Origin: Propionibacterium freudenreichii subsp. freudenreichii
GTDB taxonomy: Bacteria > Actinomycetota > Actinomycetes > Propionibacteriales > Propionibacteriaceae
Assembly: GCF_000940845.1 (NCBI RefSeq)
Contig: NZ_CP010341.1
Location: forward strand, 2,130,001-2,162,000
Direction: 5' to 3'
Length of the DNA stretch: 32,000 nucleotides
Under the pieces are notes generated by a model. That model saw only the letters and a program-made list of their open reading frames with translations, ran no database searches and was not told the origin of the DNA. Below are positions 8,510 to 17,750 of this stretch, in pieces. Made by a program: the position numbers and the translations under genes. The first letter of the stretch is position 1. Every line of letters begins with the position of its first letter.

Positions 8510-8660
8510 CCACCCTCTCGAGAGACCCTTGCCCGCTTGCTTGTCACCCGATTGAACCGATCGGCGTCCTCATCGTGGACCCACGCGAGGGACCCCCGAC
8601 GAGGCGCTGCCATCCGCCTCGACGTCCTTGTGGAGCAGGCCCGGGTCGCCGAGTTCCAGA
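8473..8660. repeat. Direct repeat copy B (~188 bp): 5' end of the lipoprotein gene, spacer, and 3' remnant of an upstream paralog
   Basis: Partner of 7883..8071. The remnant encodes ...LELGDPGLLHKDVEADGSASSGVPRVGPR, compared with ...LELGDAGLLHKDVEANCTASSGVTPVGPR in the intact gene. Confidence 0.8.
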
Positions 8661-8834
8661 TGCGGCCGCTCCTGCACCATGGCGTCGCGCCGTGCCAACC
8701 CGCACGGGCCTGCAACACCTGCGCAACCAACCCCGCCGCCGTGGCGGGTGCACCATTCCACGCAAAGCGTCAGCCCCCTGCGCCACCACTGTCAATGGCT
8801 CGGGAGCATTTGTCATCAAAGTGTGACATTTCAT
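8570..8834 (-). pseudogene. Possible decayed, frameshifted paralog of the adjacent lipoprotein gene
   Basis: The last ~29 codons are clearly homologous. Further upstream, a second frame gives VVAQGADALRGMVH, which resembles VVTQLRGLHA of the intact copy. No signal peptide or lipobox survives. Weak, by-eye evidence only. Confidence 0.25.
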
Positions 8835-8953
8835 CGATTGGGGCCGAACCGGCCTCCGTGCCCTGCCACGCCACTCCCGATGCCGATTAACACGCGTTGA
8901 TCAGTTTTTCCCGATACTTTCAGCCAGCCCCACCCGGGATATCACTTCCCCGC

Positions 8954-8977
8954 GACACACCATTCCCCTAGTGTGTC
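8954..8977. promoter_or_regulatory. Inverted repeat in the ino1 upstream region (candidate operator)
   Basis: GACACAC-N10-GTGTGTC sits about 140 nt upstream of the ino1 ATG, in a lower-G+C non-coding stretch. Confidence 0.2.
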
Positions 8978-9114
8978 TTCCTGATAACCAATCAGCGGCC
9001 GGGCGCATGGTTGCGCACGATAATCGTCCAATCATCAGGACAATTGCCGGCCACCACATTCCGCCGGGGACGATGAATGTCCTGACAGGTGGTCATTAGA
9101 TCAAAGGGGAACAC

Positions 9115-10194
9115 ATGAGTTCAATTCGGGTTGCAGTTGTCGGAATCGGCAACTGTGCGTCGTCGCTCATCCAGGGCGTCACCTTCTACCACGACGCACG
9201 GGCCGACGAGACGGTGCCGGGTCTGATGCACGTGCAGTTCGGCAGCTACCACGTCAGCGACATCGAATTCGTGGCGGCCTTCGACGTCGATGCCGCCAAG
9301 GTGGGCCTCGACCTGGCCGACGCCATCGACGCGTCCGACAACTGCACCATCAAGATCAGCGACGTGGCACCCACCGGCGTGACGGTGAGCCGCGGCGTGA
9401 CGCTGGACGGGCTGGGCAAGTACTACCGCGAGACCATCGAGGAGTCCGCCGAGGAACCGGTGGACGTGGTGCGCACACTCAAGGACGTGCACGCCGACGT
9501 GCTGGTGAGCTATCTGCCGGTCGGCTCGGAGGAAGCCGACAAGTACTACGCGCAATGTGCCCTGGACGCCGGGTGCGCCTTCGTCAACTGCCTACCGGTG
9601 TTCATCGCGTCCGACCCGCAATGGGCCCAGAAGTTCGTGGACGCGGGCCTGCCGATCGTGGGCGACGACGTCAAGAGCCAGATCGGCGCAACCATCACCC
9701 ATCGCGTGATGGCAAGGCTGTTCGAGGAGCGCGGCATCCAGATCGACCGCACCTATCAGCTCAACGTGGGCGGCAACATGGACTTCAAGAACATGCTCGA
9801 GCGCGAGCGGCTGATGTCGAAGAAGATCTCCAAGACGCAGGCGGTGACCAGCAATGTGGAGCACCACTTCGAGGAGCGCGACATCCACGTGGGCCCCTCG
9901 GACTACGTCGACTGGCTCGATGATCGCAAGTGGGCCTTCGTGCGCCTTGAGGGACGCAACTTCGGGGGCGCCCCGGTGAGCCTCGAATACAAGCTCGAGG
10001 TGTGGGACTCCCCCAATTCCGCCGGCGTGGTGATCGATGCCATCCGCGCCGCGAAGATCGGACTCGATCGGGGCATCGGTGGCCCGCTGCTGTCACCGTC
10101 GAGCTTCTTCATGAAGTCGCCGCCCGAACAGCGCCACGACGAGGCCGCCCTCGACTCGGTGGAGGCGTTTATCCGGGGCGAGCTGGCGCTCTAG
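9115..10194 (+). CDS. ino1: myo-Inositol-1-phosphate synthase
   Basis: 359 aa. [19 protein letters not shown]...[31 protein letters not shown] closely follows mycobacterial Ino1 as I remember it. AGGGGA lies upstream of the ATG. Confidence 0.95.
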   Translation: MSSIRVAVVGIGNCASSLIQGVTFYHDARADETVPGLMHVQFGSYHVSDIEFVAAFDVDAAKVGLDLADAIDASDNCTIKISDVAPTGVTVSRGVTLDGLGKYYRETIEESAEEPVDVVRTLKDVHADVLVSYLPVGSEEADKYYAQCALDAGCAFVNCLPVFIASDPQWAQKFVDAGLPIVGDDVKSQIGATITHRVMARLFEERGIQIDRTYQLNVGGNMDFKNMLERERLMSKKISKTQAVTSNVEHHFEERDIHVGPSDYVDWLDDRKWAFVRLEGRNFGGAPVSLEYKLEVWDSPNSAGVVIDAIRAAKIGLDRGIGGPLLSPSSFFMKSPPEQRHDEAALDSVEAFIRGELAL

Positions 10195-10246
10195 GTATCC
10201 GGGGCGAGCTTCGCCCCAGGCATCCGGGGCGAGCTTCGCTCCGGGC
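10171..10246. repeat. Tandem array, 25-26 bp x3, starting inside the last codons of ino1
   Basis: Units: ATCCGGGGCGAGCTGGCGCTCTAGGT (10171..10196, includes stop TAG 10192..10194); ATCCGGGGCGAGCTTCGCCCCAGGC (10197..10221); ATCCGGGGCGAGCTTCGCTCCGGGC (10222..10246). Confidence 0.85.
10201..10217 (+). terminator. Hairpin immediately after ino1 (candidate terminator without U-tract)
   Basis: GGGGCGA-GCT-TCGCCCC, a perfect 7-bp stem. A second similar hairpin lies in the next repeat unit. A 10-bp stem CCGGTTGCCC/GGGCAACCGG lies at 10276..10310. Confidence 0.45.
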
Positions 10247-10391
10247 CCCCGGGGCGCCCACGCTCCACACCGGCGCCGGTTGCCCACGGCCCCTCCGCGA
10301 GGGCAACCGGCCACGCCGAGGGACGTTTTCCTCCGGCACCGCCGGATTTGCACCCGGGCAACCGCTGCCACCGCCGTTCGTCACTGGCAGA

Positions 10392-10406
10392 TTCGATAGA
10401 ATCGAA
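10392..10406. promoter_or_regulatory. Palindrome TTCGAT-AGA-ATCGAA upstream of the dehydrogenase-like gene (candidate operator)
   Basis: A related ATCGA-CAGTT-TCGAT lies at 10507..10521, about 30 nt before the ATG at 10551. Both sit in an AT-richer non-coding stretch. Confidence 0.2.
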
Positions 10407-10550
10407 CTGTGCGTGACGTTAGTCTCGAAGCGGAGGCATCTGTTTCGTTGACGTGAAAATGCCCCGTTGTTCAACCCGAAATCAGAATACAAAGATCACA
10501 CTGTTGATCGACAGTTTCGATTCCAATTACCAACGAAGGCTGTGAGAGCG

Positions 10551-11391
10551 ATGAGAGTAGCAGTAATCGGCGTCGGTGACATGGGCGCAGAAATGATCCC
10601 ACACCTGGTGGAAACAGATTTCGAGATCGTTGCCTACGACAAGCTGCCCGAGCGCCTGCAGCTGGCGAAGGATGCCGGGGCCAAGGTGGCCGGTTCGGTG
10701 GCTGAGGCCGCCACCGGTGCCGACGTCGTGATCCAGCTGACCATGTCGGATGACATCCCCGATGTGTTGCTGGGCGAACAGGGCGCGCTGGCCGTCGTGA
10801 AGCCGGGCGCCATCGTGGTGGTCACCTCGACCACCACCCCGCAGATGCTCAACCGGGTGATCGAGGCCGCGCCAGCCGGCGTGGAGGTCGTCGACGCCCC
10901 GATCGTGGGTGGCGTGCGCTACGCCCGCGAGAAGTCGGTCACCTTCCTGCTGGGCGGCAGCGAGCAGGTTGCCTCCAAGCTCGATCCGGTGCTGTCGGTG
11001 ATGGGCATCATCCGCTATGTCGGCAAGTCCGGAAACGGCGTGGCCTACAAGCTGATCACCAATGTGGCGATCATGGCGGCCGAGGCCGGCCTGCGCGAGG
11101 CCCTCGACCTGGCCGACGAGCTCGACATGGACTACGAGCTCTCACTCGACCTCATGTCGGTGGGACCGATGGCAGCCGTGGTGAGCCGCACTCGACACCA
11201 GCAACCCGCGTCCGCTGCGTCGCTCCGCCGAGGACGACGACACCCTGCTCTCGGCGGTCAGCGATCCCGAGCGTGTCCTGCCGATCTCCGTGGCCGGGCG
11301 GGGACGCCTGTGGGAGGCCGTGCATGCCAAGGAGGGCTTCGATCCCGACTTCGTCGACCTGACGCGCAAGACGACGGCCCGCAACAACTGA
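10551..11391 (+). pseudogene. 3-hydroxyisobutyrate dehydrogenase-family NAD(P) oxidoreductase, disrupted by a +1 frameshift near 11185..11192
   Basis: The Rossmann start is MRVAVIGVGDMGAEM. After ...LMSVGPMAAVVSR the listed frame turns into an Arg-rich tail (TRHQQPASAASLRRGRRHPALGG...). The next frame reads ALDTSNPRPLRRSAEDDDTLLSAVSDPERVLPISVAGRGRLWEAVHAKEGFDPDFVDLTRKTTARNN* with high GC3 and a stop at 11389..11391. That frame is closed by TGA at 11182..11184, so the switch lies within about 10 nt. The total of 841 nt equals 3n+1. Confidence 0.75.
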
Positions 11392-11415
11392 TCGACCACC
11401 AGAACCGGTGACCGC

Positions 11416-11451
11416 AAGCCGGGGAGACGCCACACCGGCGCTCCCCGGCTT
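11416..11451 (+). terminator. Stem-loop downstream of the dehydrogenase-like gene
   Basis: 11-bp stem AAGCCGGGGAG / CTCCCCGGCTT, with an inner CGCC/GGCG pairing. It begins 25 nt after the stop at 11391. No U-tract. Confidence 0.55.
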
Positions 11452-11569
11452 CGTCGCATATGGCCCGCCCCTCCCGTGTGGGGCGCCCTCACTATCGTGG
11501 GAGCAGCGGCGACCCACCCCGGTTCCGGGCGCGGGGCCGGCCACCATCCAACCCGGGAAGGGCCACACC

Positions 11570-12295
11570 ATGGCACACAAGCAGACAGCAGGACGCGACA
11601 ACCTGGGCGAGCTGGCACCCACCTTCGCCGCCCTCAACGATGACGTGCTGTTCGGGCAGGTGTGGTCGCGCGAGGGCCAGATGCCGGCCCGCCAACGCAG
11701 CCTCATCACCTGCGCCAGCCTCATGTCGCAGGGGCTCTTCCCCCAGTTGGAGGCGCACCTGCGCATCGCGAAGGCCAACGGCGTCGCCAAGCAGGAACTG
11801 GTGGAGACCTTCACCCAACTGGCCTTCTATGCGGGCTGGCCCAAGGCATGGTCGGCCTTCGGGCTGCTCAAGGACATCTACGCCGACGTGCCCGACGACA
11901 CCCCCGATGCCGGGCTGTTCCCGCTGGGCTCCCCCACTGATGGCCCCAACTTCACCGGACATGCCTGGCTGCACATGCTCACCGGACCGGACAATCCCCT
12001 GTCAGCCGGCAATGTGACCTTCGCCGCCGGGTGCTACAACCGCTGGCACACCCATCCGGCCGGCCAATTGCTGCTGGTGACGGCCGGCCACGGCTGGGAG
12101 CAACAGCAGGGCAAGCCCGCCCGCGAGCTGCACGCCGGCGACGTGGTCGAGTGCCCTGCCGGCGTGCAGCACTGGCACGGTGCCGCCCGGGACTCCACCC
12201 TCACCCACGTGGCCGTGACCCCGGTGCCTGCCGGCCAGGCCGCCGTGGAATGGCTCGAGTTCCCCAGCCGCAGCGATTACGAGCAGCTCGACTGA
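11570..12295 (+). CDS. Carboxymuconolactone decarboxylase (AhpD-like) domain fused to a cupin domain
   Basis: The internal Met (MAHKQTAGRDNLGEL...) is preceded by GGAAGGG. The CMD-type segment is RQRSLITCASLMSQG...HLRIAKANGVAKQELVETFTQLAFYAGWPKAW. The C-terminal cupin-like segment is WHTHPAGQLLLVTAGHGW...AGVQHWHGA. Confidence 0.75.
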   Translation: MAHKQTAGRDNLGELAPTFAALNDDVLFGQVWSREGQMPARQRSLITCASLMSQGLFPQLEAHLRIAKANGVAKQELVETFTQLAFYAGWPKAWSAFGLLKDIYADVPDDTPDAGLFPLGSPTDGPNFTGHAWLHMLTGPDNPLSAGNVTFAAGCYNRWHTHPAGQLLLVTAGHGWEQQQGKPARELHAGDVVECPAGVQHWHGAARDSTLTHVAVTPVPAGQAAVEWLEFPSRSDYEQLD

Positions 12296-12326
12296 TCCGA
12301 CGGTGACCCGGAGTGATCCGACGTCG

Positions 12327-13355
12327 TCAGGCCTGCCCCGCTGCCCGGGCGCGCTCGCGTTCGAGCACCGCGGGGAGCCGGGCGGCCCATTCCAGTGAGT
12401 GCCTCACGCCGTCGGAAATGCTCAATTCCGCATTCCACCCCAGAAGTCGTTCTGCCTTCCCGGTGAGGGTCGCGCAGCCGACGACGTCACCAAGTCGTGC
12501 CGGGGCGGTCCCCATGTCCAGCCGCACACCCATCGCGTCACCAAAGGCATCGACCAGCTCGAACACGGTGGTCCCCCTGCCACTGCCGAGGTTGATGACG
12601 TCAAAGCCGGGCACCTGCGCCTGCAACATCACCGAATCAAAGCATTCGAGCGCGGCAATGTGGGCCCGGGCGAGATCCCAGACGTGCACATAGTCGCGCA
12701 GCCCCGAACCGTCACGAGTGGGCCAGTCAGTGCCCGTCACGGTGAACGTCCCACCGCCCTGGTAGGCCTCGATCATCTTGCCCAGCGCATGGGTCGGCCG
12801 CTCGTCCTGCAGGCCGCTGCGCATCTTCGGGTCTGCGCCGATCGGGTTGAAGTACCGCAGCGCAACCACCTCCATCGCACCGGTGGCCGCGAGGTCGCGG
12901 AGCATCCTCTCGAGCATCCACTTGGACGCGGAGTAGGGGCTGTGCGGAACCACTGCGCTCGACTCGTCAACCAGCTGGCCGTCCCCACCCTCATACATGG
13001 ACCCGGTGGAGCTGAGGATGAATCGGCGAACACCATGCCCGCACAGCTCCCGCAACAGGACGAGGGTCTTGGAAACGTTGTTCTCGTAGTAGTCCAGGGG
13101 CGCGGAAACGGATTCGGGCACGACGATCTTCGCGGCACAGTGGATCACCGCATCAATATCGGGATGCTCGGACAGGATCCGTCGGATCAGTGGAACGTCG
13201 GCAATATCCCCCTCATAGTTCAGATATGGCGCGGCGAATTACCTCAGGCCCTTGCTGTAGTCATCCAGAATGACCGGGGTGATGTCATTATCTGCGCAAC
13301 AGGCCGCGACGGATGACCCGATATAGCCTGCGCCACCGGTAATGAGAATCTTCAT
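12327..13355 (-). pseudogene. galE: UDP-glucose 4-epimerase with an in-frame TAA at codon 39
   Basis: ATG at 13355 gives MKILITGGAGYIGSSVAACCADNDITPVILDDYSKGLR, then TAA (13241..13239), then FAAPYLNYEGDIADVPLIRRILSEHPDIDAVIHCAAK..., in the same frame as ORF 12327..13148. The stop separates the GxxGxxG NAD-binding fold from the rest (YSASK catalytic motif, RYFNP). I checked the frame codon by codon. Confidence 0.85.
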
Positions 13356-13566
13356 GCAGTGCCCCTCAGTTGGAGGTCGCAATCCTGCGACCGCGGGGCG
13401 CCAGCCTATGAAGGCATCGGCATGCGAGCAGGGGCCCGGGAGGATTCACTGCTATCGGTGCGCGCCGCCGGACCCCGCCGGGCCACGGGGACGAAGGGGG
13501 ACGAATGGGTGCCCACCACTCGGCGAGATCGGCGACACCGGCCGGGCCAGCTTCTAGGCTTGGGGT

Positions 13567-14505
13567 ATGAACCCCGTGGTGACTGGTCCGATTATCCGTC
13601 TCAGCGCCGACGACCGCGATCACATCGCCGACCTGGTGCGGGCCTGCACCGAGCACGACGGAGTATCGCCCCTCAACGAGTCCGGCTGGTTCGGGCTGCA
13701 GGGGCTCACGGCGTCGCACACGCACTGGATTGCCCGCGACGGCAAACAGGTGGTGGGCTACGCGCAGGCCGACGCCCGCGAGCACACCGTGCAGCTGATG
13801 GTGGCGCCCCCGGCACGGCGCCAGGGCATCGCCACGACCCTGGCCAAGGCGGCCTGGCAGCTGCACCCGGCCATGTGGTGGTCGTTCGGCGACTGCCCCG
13901 GTGCGCGCGAACTGGCCACCCAGTTGGGCCTGCGCGAGGTGCGCAAGCTGTTGAAGATGAGCCTGCCGATGCCCGCCGACCAGCCCCACGACGCACACCT
14001 GCCCGAGGGACTGCGCCTCGATCACTTCCGCGATGACGACCTCGACCAGCTCGTGGCGGTGAACCACGCCGCCTTCGCCCACCATCCCGAGCAGGGCGCG
14101 ATGACCGCCGAGGACGCCCGCAACCGGATGGCCCAGGACTGGTTCGACCCAGCCGGACTGCTGGTCGCCCGCGACGAGGCCGGCACCCTGGTCGGCTTCC
14201 ACTGGACCAAGGTGGCCGACGAGGACGGTCGTCCGCGCGGCGAGGTCTATGTGCTGGGCGTCGACCCGGACTTCGAGGGCAAGGGCGTGGGACGCGCCCT
14301 GTTGGATGCCGGTATCCTGCATATGCGCGAGCTCGGCGTCGAGGCCATCGACCTCTATGTGGAAGGCGCCAACGAACGCGTGGTGCACATGTATGAACGA
14401 GCAGGTTTCTCCGTGGTCTCCACCGATGTCGGCTATGCACCTGCCAAGCCGGCCCGCCACCAGGACCACGGGCGCCAGTCCTCACCCCAGGAGCGCGACG
14501 CATGA
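13567..14505 (+). CDS. mshD: Mycothiol synthase (tandem GNAT acetyltransferase)
   Basis: 312 aa in a two-GNAT layout. GFHWTKV...[22 protein letters not shown] is typical of MshD. Its stop overlaps the ppk start (ATGA). Confidence 0.85.
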   Translation: MNPVVTGPIIRLSADDRDHIADLVRACTEHDGVSPLNESGWFGLQGLTASHTHWIARDGKQVVGYAQADAREHTVQLMVAPPARRQGIATTLAKAAWQLHPAMWWSFGDCPGARELATQLGLREVRKLLKMSLPMPADQPHDAHLPEGLRLDHFRDDDLDQLVAVNHAAFAHHPEQGAMTAEDARNRMAQDWFDPAGLLVARDEAGTLVGFHWTKVADEDGRPRGEVYVLGVDPDFEGKGVGRALLDAGILHMRELGVEAIDLYVEGANERVVHMYERAGFSVVSTDVGYAPAKPARHQDHGRQSSPQERDA

Positions 14506-16691
14506 GCAATGCCCCAGGCCCCGGCGACCGGGACGCAACCAGCGCTGACCAGAGCGCCGACGAACAGCTTCCCCCCGACCGGTATTCAGAACGTGAGCTG
14601 AGCTGGCTGGCGTTCAACGAGCGCGTGCTCGACCAGGCCCGCGACCGGCTGCGCGTGCCACTGCTGGAACGCGCGAAGTTCCTGGCCATCTTCAGTTCCA
14701 ACCTCGACGAGTTCTTCATGGTGCGAGTGGCCGGCCTGAAGCGACGCATCGAAGCCGGCGTGGCCGTGCGCTCCATCGCCGGCATGATGCCCCGGGAGCT
14801 GCGCGACGCAATCCTCACCCGCGCCCACGAGCTGGTCACCGAGCAGTCGCGGGTCTTCCACGAGGAGGTGCTGCCCGAACTCACCGAGCAGCACGTCGAA
14901 CTGGTGCGTTGGAACCAGCTCACCGACGCCGAACACGACCGGATGAACGAGCTGTTCACCGAACGCATCTACCCGGTGCTCACCCCGCTGGCGGTCGACC
15001 CCTCGCACCCCTTCCCCTATATCTCCGGGCTGTCACTCAACATCGCCGTGCTATTGCTCAACCCCGACACCGAGGCCCGCCAGTTCGCCCGCATCAAGGT
15101 GCCCTCGATCCTCGACCGCTTCATCAAGCTGGGCGACACCCGCTTCGTGCCCCTCGAGGAAGTGATCCTGGCCCACCTGTCGGAGCTGTTCACCGGCATG
15201 AAGGTGCTGCAGTCCACGACCTTCCGGGTCACCCGCAATGAGGACGTCGAGGTCGAGGAGGACGACGCCGAGAACCTGCTCTACGCCCTGGAGAAGGAAC
15301 TGCTGCGGCGCAAGGTGGGCCGCTCCCCGGTGCGCCTCGAGGTGGAGGACACCATCGAGGACGACCTGCTGGAGCTGCTTGCCGACGAGCTCGACGTGAG
15401 CCCCAAGGAGATCTTCAAGCTGCCGGCACCGCTCGACCTGACGGCCCTGTTCCGGCTCACCGACGTTGATCGCGACGACCTGAAGTACTCGAACTTCCTG
15501 CCCAAGACGCACCCCGACCTCGCACCCGTGGAGACCTCCAGCGAGGCCGACCTGTTCAAGGCGATCCGGCGTCACGACGTGTTGCTGCACCATCCCTATG
15601 ACTCCTTCGCCACCAGTGTGCAGCGCTTGGTGGAACAGGCCGCCGCCGACCCCCATGTGCTGGCGATCAAGCAGACCCTCTACCGCACCAGCGGCGACTC
15701 CCCCATCATCGACGCCCTCATCGAGGCCGCCGAGGCCGGCAAGCAGGTGCTGGCACTGGTTGAGATCAAGGCCCGCTTCGATGAGCAGAACAACATCGCC
15801 TGGGCCCGCAAGCTCGAACGCCATGGCGTGCACGTGGTGTACGGCATGGTCGGCCTGAAGACCCACTGCAAGCTGATCCTGGTGGTGCGCGATGAGGCCG
15901 AGGGGCTGCGCAGCTATGTGCACATCGGCACCGGCAACTACAACCCCAAGACGGCCCGCCAGTACGAGGACATGGGCCTGCTCACCTGCAACCCGATCGT
16001 CGCCGACGACGTGGCCAGATTGTTCAACCATCTGTCGGGCATGACCCAGGAGACGCACTACCGGCGCCTGCTGGTGGCGCCGCAGGGTGTGCGCACCGGC
16101 CTGATCGCCGCCATCGACCGTGAGATCGCGAACAAGAAGGCGGGCCTGCCGGCACGCATCCGCATCAAGGTGAACTCGATCGTCGATGAGCGCATCATCG
16201 ACGCGCTCTACCGCGCCAGCCGTGCCGGCGTCGAGGTGGACCTGTGGGTGCGCGGCATCTGCGGTGTGCGCCCCGGCGTCCCCGGCCTGAGCGAGAACAT
16301 CCGGCTGATCTCGATCCTGGGCCGCTTCCTGGAACATTCGCGGCTGTTCTGGTTCGAGAACGCCGGCAACCCCTCGGTGGGCATCGGCTCCGCTGACCTG
16401 ATGCACCGCAACCTCGACCGGCGCGTCGAGGCGATCGTGCTGATCACCCACGCCAACCACATCGCCGAGATCGGCCAGCTGTTCGACCTGGCATTCGACC
16501 CGGGCACCGTGAACTGGAAACTCGACGACCGCAGCTGGCATCCCGATACCACCAACGCCGCCGGCGAGCCGAAGCTCGACCTGCAGGAGCACCTGATCGA
16601 CGTGGTCAGCCACCGCAGGCACGCCCCCAGCGACGGACCGTCACGGCGCACCCTGTTCTTCCAGCGTCCGGGGGTGCTCCCCAGGCCATGA
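14502..16691 (+). CDS. ppk: Polyphosphate kinase 1
   Basis: 729 aa. The PPK1 N-terminus is [16 protein letters not shown]. It has two PLD-like C-terminal domains and the autophosphorylated-His region GLKTHCKL. Confidence 0.97.
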   Translation: MSNAPGPGDRDATSADQSADEQLPPDRYSERELSWLAFNERVLDQARDRLRVPLLERAKFLAIFSSNLDEFFMVRVAGLKRRIEAGVAVRSIAGMMPRELRDAILTRAHELVTEQSRVFHEEVLPELTEQHVELVRWNQLTDAEHDRMNELFTERIYPVLTPLAVDPSHPFPYISGLSLNIAVLLLNPDTEARQFARIKVPSILDRFIKLGDTRFVPLEEVILAHLSELFTGMKVLQSTTFRVTRNEDVEVEEDDAENLLYALEKELLRRKVGRSPVRLEVEDTIEDDLLELLADELDVSPKEIFKLPAPLDLTALFRLTDVDRDDLKYSNFLPKTHPDLAPVETSSEADLFKAIRRHDVLLHHPYDSFATSVQRLVEQAAADPHVLAIKQTLYRTSGDSPIIDALIEAAEAGKQVLALVEIKARFDEQNNIAWARKLERHGVHVVYGMVGLKTHCKLILVVRDEAEGLRSYVHIGTGNYNPKTARQYEDMGLLTCNPIVADDVARLFNHLSGMTQETHYRRLLVAPQGVRTGLIAAIDREIANKKAGLPARIRIKVNSIVDERIIDALYRASRAGVEVDLWVRGICGVRPGVPGLSENIRLISILGRFLEHSRLFWFENAGNPSVGIGSADLMHRNLDRRVEAIVLITHANHIAEIGQLFDLAFDPGTVNWKLDDRSWHPDTTNAAGEPKLDLQEHLIDVVSHRRHAPSDGPSRRTLFFQRPGVLPRP

Positions 16692-17578
16692 CCGCCAAGC
16701 CCGCAGTCGTCGCAGCCGGTGCCGTGGTCTTCCGGGGCTCCGGCGAACAACGGCGCGTACTCGTGGAACACCGCCCCCACTACAACGATTGGACGTTACC
16801 GAAGGGCAAGCCGCATGGCGACGAGCAGCTGCCGGTCACCGCGGTGCGCGAGGTGGAGGAGGAGACCGGGATCCACGTACGGCTGGGCCTCCCGCTCCCC
16901 TCGTTGCGCTACGACGTGAGTGCCGGACCCAAGCAGGTGCACTTCTGGCTTGGCCACGAGAACCGCCCCGAGCATCCACATCGCGATGACGAGACCGATC
17001 GGATCGCCTGGCCGATGCTGCCCGAGGCCGCCGAGCTGCTGACCTATCCCGATGAAGTGGAACTGCTGGCCCGGGCCGTCCCGCTGGCCGACCGGGCCCT
17101 GGGCACGCTGGTGATCACCCGCCACGCCAAGGCGCGTCCCCGCAAGAGCTGGCAGGGCGACGACTGGCTGCGTCCGCTGGCGGCCCGCGGCGCGCGCCAG
17201 TCCGACCGGTTGGTGGCGCTGCTGGACGCCTTCGGGGTGCGCCGCGTGCTGTCAAGCACCTCCACCCGCTGCCTGCAGACCGTCGAGCCCTTCGCGAAGG
17301 CCATCGGCTCCCAGATCCATCCGGTGCACCTGCTCAGCGAGGAGGCGGCGCTGGGACGCGACGAGGAGATCGCCGACCTCATGTGGCAGCTGCGCGTGCA
17401 GGTGGCGCAGAGCCCCGAGGACCCACTGGTGGTCTGTGGCCACCGCCCCGTGCTGGGCGCCATGCAGGCGGGGCTGCACATTCCCATCCAGCACCTCACC
17501 ACCGCCCAGTCCTTGGTGTTGCACATCGGCGATGAGGCCGAACCGGTGGCCGTGGAGTCCTATCCCTCACCCCTGTGA
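16688..17578 (+). CDS. Nudix hydrolase fused to a histidine-phosphatase (SixA-like) domain, MutT1-type
   Basis: Nudix box [23 protein letters not shown], and a C-terminal RHA/K motif ([12 protein letters not shown]). The start overlaps the ppk stop (ATGA). The ppk1-mutT1 adjacency is known from mycobacteria. Confidence 0.8.
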   Translation: MTAKPAVVAAGAVVFRGSGEQRRVLVEHRPHYNDWTLPKGKPHGDEQLPVTAVREVEEETGIHVRLGLPLPSLRYDVSAGPKQVHFWLGHENRPEHPHRDDETDRIAWPMLPEAAELLTYPDEVELLARAVPLADRALGTLVITRHAKARPRKSWQGDDWLRPLAARGARQSDRLVALLDAFGVRRVLSSTSTRCLQTVEPFAKAIGSQIHPVHLLSEEAALGRDEEIADLMWQLRVQVAQSPEDPLVVCGHRPVLGAMQAGLHIPIQHLTTAQSLVLHIGDEAEPVAVESYPSPL

Positions 17579-17639
17579 AGCGCGGGTGCGCGCCCCGCTG
17601 ACGCGGCATTGCGGGCGTCGTTATCGCAGCGGTCGGACA

Positions 17640-17661
17640 TGTTTACCGGCTGTTTACCTTG
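17640..17661 (+). promoter_or_regulatory. PHO-box-like pair of 11-nt direct repeats upstream of pstS
   Basis: TGTTTACCGGC TGTTTACCTTG, two contiguous 11-nt units resembling the actinobacterial PhoP/RegX3-type direct-repeat unit (GTTCACC core). It lies about 90-110 nt upstream of the candidate pstS starts. Confidence 0.5.
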
Positions 17662-17750
17662 CCGGACCATTGCGGCCACCTTGGCCCTCTACCGTCGATT
17701 CATGGCGGGCAGGATTGCTCCCCTCGGCCGTGATGGCCGATTCCAGATCG

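Noticed and set aside
12292-12323. Direct repeat TGATCCGACG(G/T), twice, 21 nt apart, including the stop of the CMD-cupin gene.
   Set aside because: Only about 11 nt match, which is too short to separate from chance. I mention it only as a possible weak fourth example of the boundary-duplication pattern.
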